Source: Nostoc punctiforme PCC 73102
Lineage (GTDB): Bacteria > Cyanobacteriota > Cyanobacteriia > Cyanobacteriales > Nostocaceae
Length of the DNA: 32,000 bases
Assembly: GCF_000020025.1 (NCBI RefSeq)
Contig: NC_010628.1
Coordinates: 2,430,001-2,462,000 of the forward strand
Direction: 5' to 3'
Shown here: positions 16,201 to 25,313 of the stretch, in pieces
How positions within the stretch are numbered: the stretch's first letter is position 1
How the letters are laid out: each line of letters opens with the position of its first letter
The notes under the pieces: model-generated
Told to the model about the DNA's origin: nothing
Seen by the model: the letters and a program-made list of their open reading frames with translations, nothing else
Database searches by the model: none
Position numbers and translations under genes: made by a program

Positions 16201-17459
16201 GTAGTCTGCCAAGCTAACTTTGCTATGTTAAATTTGGATATAAACGCTCCATTTTTCGGCGAGCATCTTTGGTTTGAAAACCCCAATAAACACTAGCTTT
16301 TTGCTGATTACGTTTTTTCTCCCAAGCGGCAATCTCAGAAGTTAATGTTTCTGCATTAGGAATACGCCGTTCTAAACATTGGCGAGATAAAACAGATAAT
16401 TCGATTTCTACCTGATTCAGCCCTTCGGGTTCGCCAGTTGCTTCAAGTCGGGGAACCCGCCCAACGCACTGGCTCACCAAGAAGCGTGTTTAGGAGTATA
16501 GTGAAACTCTAACTTTTGAATAATTCGACGTGCTTCTTCTGGTGGAAAAACTTCATATAATGCATTGGGTGTATGAATATTCAAGTTATCAACTACTAAA
16601 CGAATAACATCGGCATCTCGGTAGGAAACATCTACTAAATTTTTCATTTGTTTAGCAAAATCGGCTTTAGTTCGACGTTCTGTAACTTCGATATGCCGCC
16701 ATCCAGCCAAGGGTTGAAAACATGCGAATAAATTTACTGTCCCGTTACGTTTATACTCAAAATCATAACGTTCAGGTTGCTCTGGCTGTGGTGGCAAAGG
16801 AAGTCTTACTTCTTCTACTAATTGGTATGGACGTTCATCAAAGCAGACTACAGGGCGTTTAGGATCATAAGGCTCATTGTATAAATCCAGCACATCTTCC
16901 TTCGGAAAACATATTCTGCGTTAACTTCAGGAATACACCATTGTTCTTTCAACCAAAGGCTTAATTTCATTTTTTTTAAAGTTTGACGTACTGTTTCATC
17001 TGAGATTGAATCTATGATACCAACGTTCACTAAATGATCTGCTAATAATTGCATTGTCCAACGCACTCTTCCTTCTGGCGGATTAGAACAAGCTGTTGCA
17101 ATCAAAAATGCTTCTTGCTTTTCATCTAATTTTTTATGTTTTGGTGGATGAACTTCATCCTTTAAAGCAAAATCTAACCCTCCAATGACAAATTTTTCTC
17201 GTATTCGTTGCACTGTTGCAACATGCGCTCTAACTATGCTAGCGATCGCTTGATCCGTTTCTCCTTCGGAAGCCATCAAAAGAATGTTTGCACGGCTTAT
17301 GGTTCTTGCCTTATGCTTACCTTTCTTAATTATCGATTGCAGTTGGGAAACTTCATCTTCATTCAAGTCAACAATGTACTTTTTTGCCATGTTACACCCC
17401 GTTTTTGGCTATTTTACCAATTAGAGGTTTTACTTAGCAAAGTTACCTTGGTACACTAC
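16201..17459 (-). mobile_element. IS630-family insertion sequence, copy B (1259 bp), inverted relative to copy A
   Basis: Same termini as copy A, flanked by TA at 16199-16200 and 17460-17461. One flank is the ISAs1 remnant and the other is the 3' end of the PBP gene. Confidence 0.85.
16223..17390 (-). pseudogene. IS630-family transposase, disrupted by a different 1-nt deletion plus the same 56-nt insertion
   Basis: Track ORFs are 16848-17390, 16474-16893 and 16223-16480. Relative to copy A, one nt is missing at 16900/16901 (CGAAGGAAG versus CGAATGGAAG on the coding strand). The 56-nt insert lies at 16421-16476. Confidence 0.85.
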
Positions 17460-19416
17460 TAGAAAGTTTTTTAGTATTCATGATATTTTTAGTGGGCTGA
17501 GGGCGAGTAAACTTAGAAGGGGGTTTGAAGTTTTCTATGGGTACATTTTTAAGCGCCTTGTTCATAAAATCGCGCCAGACAGGAGTAACCATTCCTCCTC
17601 CTGTTGCACCATGAGCTAATTGTTTGTTGTCATCTCTGCCTACCCAAATAGCAGTTGTTAGCTGTGGCACTGTACCAATAAACCAAATATCCTTCTCTGA
17701 AGAAGTTGTCCCTGTTTTGCCAGCAACAGGGCGGTCTAGAGCAGCTCCTTTACCAGTTCCTTCTTTAACTACCGATTGCATCACGTCTATAATCGTGGCT
17801 GATGCCCAAGGGTCAAGAACTAACTGAGGCTTAGGAGTATTATCCAGTAAAACATTGCCACTACTATCAGTAACGCGAGCAATAAGTGTTGGAGGTGAGC
17901 GCCAGCCGTAATTAGCGAAAGTCGCATAAGCGCTGGCCAATTCCAGTGGTGTAACAGCAATTGCACCCAGTGGCAAAGAAGTTACAGGTTCCATCGGACT
18001 CATGATTCCCAAGGTACGGCAAGTGGCGATGATTTTATTTATTCCAACAGCTTTGCCAATCTTAACCGCAGGAACGTTACGAGACAGTGCTAAAGCAGTA
18101 CGAATTGGCATTGCACCCCTAAAGGTATTATCGTAGTTGCGTGGAGAGTACGAGCCATTCATCACATCAGGGTAGCTTACAGGAGAATCAAGCACCGTTG
18201 TACTTGGTGTAAACTTACCACTAGCAAAGGCAGTATAGTAAACAAACGGCTTAAAAGCAGAGCCAGGTTGCCGTTGAGCCTGAGTTGCGCGGTTAAATTC
18301 GCTCTTTTTCGAGTCTACACCACCCACCAGTGCTTTGATATAGTGGGTACGTGGGTCAATTGCGACTAAAGCCATTTGATTGTTGTTTAATCCTTGACCT
18401 TCAAGAGTTTTATGCCACTTTTTGATAGTTTCTTCTGCCATGATTTGCAAGTCACTGGCTACTGTGGTTTGCACTCGCATTCCACCTTTAAGAGTTGCAT
18501 CACGCCCAAACTTTTTAATTAGTTCCTGTGCTACAGGATTGGTGACATCAGGAAAGATACTAGCTTCAAATGACTTAATTTTACCAAGTTTAATTTCTTG
18601 CTGGAGCGCATCATCATATTCTTGCTTGGTAATCCATTTTAATTCCAGCATTCGTCCGAGTACTTGCCTTTGTTTTTGTATAGCCAAATTCTTGTTCACA
18701 AAAGGGCTAAATTGTTCTGGAGCCTGGATTACAGCCGCCATCATTGCTGACTCACCCAAAGTCAAATTCTCTGCCGATTTATTAAAGTATGTCTGTGCTG
18801 CTGTTTCCACACCATAGTTATTATGACCCCAATAAACTTGATTGAGGTACATTTCTAAAATCTGGTCTTTAGTGAAAATTTGCTCTAAGCGAATTGCTAA
18901 GACAGCTTCTGCTATTTTGCGAGTTAAAGCACGTTTGCGAGATAAAAAGAGATTTTTCACTAACTGCATAGTGATGGTAGAACCACCCTCCTTCACAGTA
19001 CCTGATGTCCAGTTAACTAAAGCAGCACGTCCAATACCTCCTGGATCAATACCGGGGTGGTTATAGAAATAATTATCTTCACCGGCTAAGACTGCTCGTT
19101 TTAAATTTGGGGAAATTTTATCTAAGGGTACAATTTTTCTGTTGGCTTCTCCATGTATACTTGCTAAATGCTTGCCTTTGATGTCGTATATATAAGTTGT
19201 TTCTGCTGGTAAGAAGTTCCGTATTTGTCTAAGCTGTGGCAAATTACGGAAACTAATGACTAAACCAAGTAGTCCTCCAGCCATAATAGAAATTACCAAC
19301 ATATTAATTGATAAAAGAGTACCACCAGTGACGAGACCTACTTGCCTCCAAAACTCGTAACTAGGTGAAGTCTGAATTCCTGCTTGTTCTTGTTCAAAAA
19401 TTTCTGGCGAAGACAC
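17443..19416 (-). CDS. Class A penicillin-binding protein (bifunctional GT51 transglycosylase / transpeptidase), with its 3' end running into IS630
   Basis: 657-aa ORF. GTG start with GAGGAA 11 nt upstream, and an N-terminal TM segment. GT51 motifs are EDNYFYNHPG, GGSTITMQL and RKIAE. Transpeptidase motifs are SAFKP (SxxK), SRN and KTGTT. The last 5 codons and the stop (17443-17459) are IS630 sequence. Confidence 0.9.
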   Translation of the reverse strand: MSSPEIFEQEQAGIQTSPSYEFWRQVGLVTGGTLLSINMLVISIMAGGLLGLVISFRNLPQLRQIRNFLPAETTYIYDIKGKHLASIHGEANRKIVPLDKISPNLKRAVLAGEDNYFYNHPGIDPGGIGRAALVNWTSGTVKEGGSTITMQLVKNLFLSRKRALTRKIAEAVLAIRLEQIFTKDQILEMYLNQVYWGHNNYGVETAAQTYFNKSAENLTLGESAMMAAVIQAPEQFSPFVNKNLAIQKQRQVLGRMLELKWITKQEYDDALQQEIKLGKIKSFEASIFPDVTNPVAQELIKKFGRDATLKGGMRVQTTVASDLQIMAEETIKKWHKTLEGQGLNNNQMALVAIDPRTHYIKALVGGVDSKKSEFNRATQAQRQPGSAFKPFVYYTAFASGKFTPSTTVLDSPVSYPDVMNGSYSPRNYDNTFRGAMPIRTALALSRNVPAVKIGKAVGINKIIATCRTLGIMSPMEPVTSLPLGAIAVTPLELASAYATFANYGWRSPPTLIARVTDSSGNVLLDNTPKPQLVLDPWASATIIDVMQSVVKEGTGKGAALDRPVAGKTGTTSSEKDIWFIGTVPQLTTAIWVGRDDNKQLAHGATGGGMVTPVWRDFMNKALKNVPIENFKPPSKFTRPQPTKNIMNTKKLSSSVPR

Positions 19417-20306
19417 GGCAATTTCATTTCCTCAGTTATAGATACAATGACAATTTATTTAACGAAATGCATGAAGAATGCTAAGTTTCGTTAGCGATAG
19501 CGGGGCGTTTAGCCCGTGATGGGTTGCTAAGTTTTAAGTTAAAAGGCCGACTACACCACTTAGCTTTACAAGACCGCAGTAGCTATACAATTAGCGTGGT
19601 ATCCTGCATAATTTCGCTCACACTCTTGTCGAGCTAATACCCAAGTACTGACACTTAAAATGTTGTTTTGCAATAAGTTGTGGTTTCTAGGTGCAGCTTG
19701 AGATTCTATGGAAAAACTGCAACACAGGTATTTCAGAGAATTAGTGCGACCGCACCAAATGTTAAGCTTTTATACGATCTCCTGACAAGAAAATATAACT
19801 ACTTATAGTAATAACTACTTATTGTGATCGTTCTGAAAATATAACCCTCTAACAAAAGTTAGAAAAGATAGAGTCAAAGGGATGAATTAACACATTGGTT
19901 ATTTCACTAGCAATCACCCAAACGATTCTCGCGAACGTTAAAGGCTAAAAACTCGGTTTATCGTGTTTGCGGAGCGTCTCGTAGAGAAGGTTCCATCGCG
20001 TCCGTGCCAAATCATGAAAAATGGTCGCATCAGGCGATTGTAGCAAGGTCAAATGTACGACCAGAACCTATGCAGAAACTCACGCGTTGCGGCGAATTCA
20101 GGGCAGAATCCGGGCTTTGACTTTTTGCAGAAGTGTTGGGTGACGATCCACCTTTGCAGATTGCGATCAAAAAATAGGTGTCTTTTAATCCCAAAATGTC
20201 TAGAATACAGAAACGGCTGCTGAGTTTTCAGGCGAATACACAGCAGAAAATAAAAAACGGCAATATGCGAGTTTCTTGTCGCTTAGTGATGGAAACCTAA
20301 TTACGA

Positions 20307-22430
20307 TTAAACAACCGAAAAATTGTTTGTGGTTAATGACAAGCCAGTAGATATTTGTGCAAATTGTACTGGAGTAAAAGTACCTGCATTACCATCTTGG
20401 TCAAACAAAAATGCACCTGTAGTCGAGTTATAAATAAATCGTTGAGTACTAGTGGTTGCAGATTCTCCGATTCTAAATTGACTTTTCTGAAGCACACCAA
20501 TTGATAAGCCGCCACCAAAACCAGCAGCCGATACCCGAATTAGTTCATTAGTGGCGTTGAAGTCATAAATAGTATCAACACCTTCATTGGAACTATTGAA
20601 GGTAAAGGTATCAGTACCAGCTCCTCCATAAAGCTGATCGTTACCCTTGCCTCCAATAAGGTTATCATTGCCATTTCCACCGTTAAGGGTGTTCTTACCT
20701 AACCCGCTAAAGGCAGAGAGATAATCATTGTCATCGCCTCCATTCAGGAGGTTGTTCCCTGATGAATAGTCAACATTTAATGTATCGTCACCAGCACCAC
20801 CATTGAGGGTATTATTCCCTGATGTGACAATATTGCCCAAAAGTTCAAGTTGATTCAAGTAGTCGTCTAAGCTAAAGCCGGAGAGAGAATCATTACCATT
20901 GCCTCCATTTAGAAGGTTATTACCTGTTGATAGGTAAACATTTAAGGTATCGTTACCAGCGCCTCCATTGAGGGTGTTATTGCCTAATGTGCGATTTAAT
21001 CCATAGTTATAGTCATTGTTGCCAGAGGCTAAGAGATAATCATTGCCATCACCTCCAGAAAGTAGGTTATCGCCTTTTGAACCGTTAGCATTCAAGGTAT
21101 CGTCACCAGCGCCCCCATCAAGGGTGTTATTGCCTAAGGATCTGTCGCTGCCGTGTCTAGTGATATTACTATTGGCGAAGAGATAATCATTACCATCTCC
21201 CGCCGAAAGTAGGTTATCGCCTTCTGAAGCGCCAACACTCAAAGTATCGTTACCAAGACCACCATCGAGTAAGTTATTGCCTGTTGAATAGCCAGCGACT
21301 AAGAAATCATCACCAGCACCACCGTTGAGGGTGTTATTGCCTGAGGCACCAACAATACTGTAGTAAGCGAAGCCAGAGACGGAGAGAAAATCATTGCCAT
21401 CGTCCCCAGAGAGTAGGTTATTACCTGTTGAATAGTCAGCATTCAATGTATCGTTACCAGCACCACCGTTGAGGGTGTTATTGCCTAAGCCACCAACGAT
21501 AAAGTTGTACTGGTCGCCAGAGACGGAGAGAGAATCATTGCCATCACCTCCAGAGAGTAGGTTATCACCTGATGAATAGTTGGCATTCAATATATCGTTA
21601 CCAGCGCCACCGTTGAGGGTGTTATTGCCTAAGGCACGAATGATATTGTAAGTGTAATCGAAGCCACCAGAGAGAGAGAGAAAATCATTGCCATCGTCAC
21701 CAGAGAATAGATTATCGCCTGATGAATAGTCAGCCTTCAATGTATCGTCACCAGTACCACCGATGAGGGTGTTATTGCCAGCACCACCCCGCAGTAAGTC
21801 ATTGCCACTTAATCCTTCGATTTTGTCATCACCCCCCTGACCATTAATGACATCATCCGAATTGTCAAAACCGTTGACATTGTTGTTCAGGTCATTAAGG
21901 AAGGTAACTGTGTTTTTTCTGAAGACAGTGCTTTGAGTAGAGTTGGCATTGAAGACATCAAAGCTGTCACTAACGCTAGTTTGCCCATCAAAAAGGATAT
22001 TGCCCAAGTCTACAGTGGCTCCTGTCGATTTGCTCAGGTTATCCAGGTTTTCTAAGGCAAAGTTTTGCAGGATGACTTTGCTATCATTAAAGTCCCCTTC
22101 AAAGGTGATTTCCAGATTGATACCATTCTGGGTGAGCAGCAGATTTTGAGCAATAAAGGCAGCACCTTGAAATTTTAGGGTGTCCACTTCGGCAATGATT
22201 GCTGCTGTTGGGTTTGTTCCTTTACCTACGCCACCGAAATCGGTAATTGTATCAGTGTTATTTAAGTAGCCTAAGTTGTAAACGAATATATCCTTGCCGC
22301 CGCCACCAGTTAGGGTATCATCGCCCTGTTTCGCGGTGATGGTATCGTTACCTGCAAGGCCCTTAATTCTGTCGGCGTTGTCAGTACCCAGTAAGGTATC
22401 ATTTCCGTTGGTTCCATTGATATTTGCCAT
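20307..22430 (-). CDS. RTX-type calcium-binding repeat protein, probable type I secretion substrate
   Basis: 707-aa ORF with no signal peptide. N-terminal nonapeptide repeats are GTNGNDTLLGTDNADRIKGLAGNDTI. The centre holds about 9 degenerate modules (LGNNTLNGGAGNDTLNADYSxGxNLLSGxDGNDxLSxSG...). The C-terminal GGKGNDQLYGGAGTDTFTF is followed by a non-repeat tail typical of T1SS substrates. Confidence 0.85.
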   Translation of the reverse strand: MANINGTNGNDTLLGTDNADRIKGLAGNDTITAKQGDDTLTGGGGKDIFVYNLGYLNNTDTITDFGGVGKGTNPTAAIIAEVDTLKFQGAAFIAQNLLLTQNGINLEITFEGDFNDSKVILQNFALENLDNLSKSTGATVDLGNILFDGQTSVSDSFDVFNANSTQSTVFRKNTVTFLNDLNNNVNGFDNSDDVINGQGGDDKIEGLSGNDLLRGGAGNNTLIGGTGDDTLKADYSSGDNLFSGDDGNDFLSLSGGFDYTYNIIRALGNNTLNGGAGNDILNANYSSGDNLLSGGDGNDSLSVSGDQYNFIVGGLGNNTLNGGAGNDTLNADYSTGNNLLSGDDGNDFLSVSGFAYYSIVGASGNNTLNGGAGDDFLVAGYSTGNNLLDGGLGNDTLSVGASEGDNLLSAGDGNDYLFANSNITRHGSDRSLGNNTLDGGAGDDTLNANGSKGDNLLSGGDGNDYLLASGNNDYNYGLNRTLGNNTLNGGAGNDTLNVYLSTGNNLLNGGNGNDSLSGFSLDDYLNQLELLGNIVTSGNNTLNGGAGDDTLNVDYSSGNNLLNGGDDNDYLSAFSGLGKNTLNGGNGNDNLIGGKGNDQLYGGAGTDTFTFNSSNEGVDTIYDFNATNELIRVSAAGFGGGLSIGVLQKSQFRIGESATTSTQRFIYNSTTGAFLFDQDGNAGTFTPVQFAQISTGLSLTTNNFSVV
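20640..21800 (-). repeat. Coding tandem repeats (about 144-bp period in the best-conserved units) inside the RTX gene
   Basis: The block CCACCGTTGAGGGTGTTATTGCCT recurs at about 21318, 21462 and 21606, with diverged versions at about 20800, 20960, 21110 and 21760. Confidence 0.8.
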
Positions 22431-23211
22431 AACTTTTTCCTACCTGAATCGATTTTTGGAGTAAATTGAGTTCTCAAATTGCTGTGAGTGCTTTTTGATG
22501 GCACAAAAATTAGTCGAAGGTTGAGGGTTACGAATTTTTCCCGAAAATCTCCCCTTTGATTGCCTTACAAGTAGTACATATAAAATTTCTTGGACTATCT
22601 ACGCCGAATGGCACTGTATAAATTTATGAGCCTGTGCATACAATAAAATCCGTCGTTTTAGGCTTTTCTCAATCATCCTTGATTAAGTGATAAACGCCGA
22701 AAAAGTGTCGTAAAATCCAAGTTTGAGTGCCTTAAACTCACATTTAATAATTTGGTTGGTTTGTCAATGAATAAATCTTACTTGCTTGAAAACAGTTAAT
22801 ACTTGACAGGGCATAAGAAAAGGAATTTTTATGCCTTCGTTGTGCGCGTAGCTTGCCGCCGTAGGCATCGCTCTTAGGTGTCTAGCTTAAAAATAATGAA
22901 CATCTAAATAACCCGATAATAACTAGATACCGAATATTTACTTAAATGTCTATATATAGAAATTTATCTTTGCATAGTCTTCACATTATTTGTTGATAAA
23001 TGTATATGTTGAGTACTGTGCTTTGTGTATTCTTTATATTTTGATAGTCCAAGAATATCTACAAAGCAGCACCAATATCCCGAAGGATGGATAAAAAAAT
23101 ACATATTTTGAAGATAACGATCGCTATCTTCAAAACAAAACCAGTAACTAGTGAGGTATTGTATTCAAACAAGAATCCCTAGCTAGCAATTAAAAAGTTA
23201 TAAACGCAGAG

Positions 23212-23670
23212 ATGATCCGACTTAGCCCAGAACACTTGCAAACTATCCGCGCCCATGCCGAAAGCACCTATCCAGAGGAGTGTTGCGGTATAATTTTAGG
23301 CTATATGGCTGCTGAGGACAAAATTGTAGTTGAAGTCATGCCAACAGAAAATGCCTGGAATACAGAAGCGGGTGCTGAGTTTTCAGAGAAACGCACAGCA
23401 GAAAGTAAAAGACGACAATATGCGATCGCACCCGAAGTTATGCTAAAAACCCAAAAGGAAGCACGTAATCGCTTACTGAACATCATCGGCATTTTTCATT
23501 CCCACCCAGATCATCCTGCTATTCCTTCAGAATGCGATCGCTTATATGCTTGGCAAGGATACTCGTATATAATAGTTACCGTCCAAAACGGTAAAGCTGG
23601 AGAACTTCAAAGCTGGAGCCTTGACGATCGTCATCAGTTCCAAGCAGAAACAATTGAAAATATAAAATAA
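23212..23670 (+). CDS. JAMM/MPN+ (Mov34/PAD-1 family) metalloisopeptidase-like protein
   Basis: 152-aa ORF with the upstream Glu in EECCGIILG and the JAMM motif HSHPDHPAIPSECD (HxHx7Sx2D). Confidence 0.85.
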   Translation: MIRLSPEHLQTIRAHAESTYPEECCGIILGYMAAEDKIVVEVMPTENAWNTEAGAEFSEKRTAESKRRQYAIAPEVMLKTQKEARNRLLNIIGIFHSHPDHPAIPSECDRLYAWQGYSYIIVTVQNGKAGELQSWSLDDRHQFQAETIENIK

Positions 23671-23812
23671 CTGGCTTAGTTCAAAGACAGTCACTCGTAG
23701 CGGTTTTAGCCGCCACCACGGATAGAAAATTCATCTTCCCCACTTTCTATCTCCATAAGAGATACAGTTTTTCGATAGGATTAATATTCCGCTCTCCCAG
23801 ATCATAACTGCT

Positions 23813-24985
23813 ATGCTCAATCCCAATCTGGACGAAATCCAGTTGACCAAAGACGATTACGAACGCTACTCCCGACACCTGATTTTACCGGAAGTAGGAC
23901 TAGAAGGACAGAAGCGCCTGAAAGCCGCCAATGTACTCTGTATTGGTACAGGTGGACTAGGTTCACCACTACTTTTATATCTGGCAGCGGCGGGTATTGG
24001 ACGCATCGGGATTGTCGATTTCGATATTGTCGATACTTCCAATCTGCAACGCCAAGTCATCCACGGGACATCTTGGGTGGGTAAACCCAAGATTGAATCG
24101 GCAAAAAACCGCATTCACGAGATTAACCCCTATTGTCAGGTTGATTTATACGAAACTCGCCTGACTTCCGAAAATGCTCTGGAAATCCTTCAGCCTTACG
24201 ATATCGTCGTAGATGGTACTGATAACTTCCCCACTAGATATCTAGTAAACGATGCCTGCGTATTGCTGAATAAACCCAACGTCTACGGTTCAATTTTACG
24301 CTTTGAAGGGCAAGCTACTGTATTTAACTACCAAGGTGGGCCAAATTATCGTGACCTTTTCCCAGAACCACCACCACCAGGAATGGTTCCCTCTTGTGCA
24401 GAAGGTGGCGTACTCGGTATTTTGCCAGGAATTATTGGTTTAATCCAAGCAACCGAAACTGTCAAAATCATTCTGGGACAAGGTAATACTCTAAGTGGAC
24501 GATTGCTGCTATATAATGCCTTAGATATGAAATTTCGGGAGTTGAAACTGCGTCCTAACCCGATTCGCCCAGTGATTGAAAAACTAGTAGACTACGAAGA
24601 ATTCTGCGGGATTCCGCAAGCTAAGGCAGAGGAGGCAAAACAGCAGTTGGAAAGTCAAGAAATGACTGTTAAGGATTTGAAGGAATTACTAGATAGCGGT
24701 GCAAAGGATTTTGTACTGCTAGATGTCCGCAACCCTAATGAGTACGAAATTGCCAAGATTCCTGGTTCGGTGTTAGTGCCCTTACCAGACATTGAAAATG
24801 GCAATGGCGTTGCGAAGGTCAAGGAAATATTGAACGGGCACCGCTTAATCGCTCATTGTAAGATGGGCGGGCGATCGGCAAAAGCCCTCGCCATCCTCAA
24901 GGAAGCCGGGATTGTCGGGACAAATGTCAAAGGCGGAATTACCGCTTGGAGTCGAGAAGTCGATCCTTCGGTTCCAGAGTATTAA
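23813..24985 (+). CDS. moeB: MoeB/ThiF-family E1-like adenylyltransferase with a C-terminal rhodanese domain (MoeZ-type)
   Basis: 390-aa ORF with YSRHLILPEVG..GQ, the nucleotide loop GTGGLGSP, SNLQRQ, the conserved Cys region SCAEGGVLG, and a C-terminal rhodanese domain with the active-site loop CKMGGRS. Confidence 0.9.
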   Translation: MLNPNLDEIQLTKDDYERYSRHLILPEVGLEGQKRLKAANVLCIGTGGLGSPLLLYLAAAGIGRIGIVDFDIVDTSNLQRQVIHGTSWVGKPKIESAKNRIHEINPYCQVDLYETRLTSENALEILQPYDIVVDGTDNFPTRYLVNDACVLLNKPNVYGSILRFEGQATVFNYQGGPNYRDLFPEPPPPGMVPSCAEGGVLGILPGIIGLIQATETVKIILGQGNTLSGRLLLYNALDMKFRELKLRPNPIRPVIEKLVDYEEFCGIPQAKAEEAKQQLESQEMTVKDLKELLDSGAKDFVLLDVRNPNEYEIAKIPGSVLVPLPDIENGNGVAKVKEILNGHRLIAHCKMGGRSAKALAILKEAGIVGTNVKGGITAWSREVDPSVPEY

Positions 24986-24991
24986 CAAGAG

Positions 24992-25014
24992 AGGCAGGAG
25001 GCAGGAGGCAGGAG
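24992..25014. repeat. Heptamer tandem repeat (AGGCAGG x3), STRR-like
   Basis: AGGCAGGAGGCAGGAGGCAGGAG lies immediately after the moeB stop. Short tandem heptamer repeats are characteristic of heterocystous cyanobacteria. Confidence 0.8.
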
Positions 25015-25208
25015 AAATACTGCTACGCCTCCGCTCTGTTTCATACCACGATTGGAGCGAGTTTGCGGTTTAAGTCTCCCATTCCCTCATCTCCTGATGA
25101 CCTTTGTGGAATTAAAAATTAAAAGTGAAAAATTAAGAAAAAGAATAATTTTTAATTAATTTTGGTACAGAGCCAACAATAATATATGACGCAGTGTTAG
25201 CGAGTCGA

Positions 25209-25276
25209 CGTACTCCTTCCCTACGGTACGCTGCGCGAATAGAGAAGCAAACTACCCGCAGCGTCTCGTAGAGAGC
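25209..25276 (+). repeat. GC-rich composite dispersed repeat, left member of an inverted pair flanking the MFS gene
   Basis: CGTACTCCTTCCCTACGGTACGCTGCGCGAATAGAGAAGCAAACTACCCGCAGCGTCTCGTAGAGAG. By eye its reverse complement matches 26539-26604 at roughly 80 percent. Confidence 0.75.
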
Positions 25277-25313
25277 ATCTTGGAATTTTTAATTAATAAT
25301 TTTTAATTTTTAA

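Noticed and set aside
8921-17459. The inverted IS630 copies A and B as the ends of an 8.5-kb composite transposon carrying the LysM genes.
   Set aside because: Copy A is a simple TA-flanked insertion inside the IS5/IS1182-like element, whose own right end resumes directly after it (IR at 10212-10228). The outer flanks (IS5-like body and PBP tail) do not form a contiguous target. I also tested an inversion between the copies, and it does not restore the ISAs1 or PBP reading frames.
20640-21800. Regularly spaced DNA repeats that might suggest a CRISPR array.
   Set aside because: They lie inside one long ORF and encode RTX modules. The units are about 144 bp and degenerate, with no short identical repeats separated by unique spacers. 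No cas genes are present.
22803-22835. A sigma70-like promoter, TTGACA-N17-TTTTAT, in the RTX/JAMM divergent region.
   Set aside because: The -10 element is poor, and the region is so AT-rich that such matches are expected by chance. It lies about 380 nt from either start codon.
19417-23211. tRNA or other small RNA genes in the long intergenic gaps.
   Set aside because: Reading both strands, I found no cloverleaf-compatible segment with GTTCRANNC-type T-loop and acceptor pairing. This was an eye scan only, so a tRNAscan or Infernal run is still advisable.
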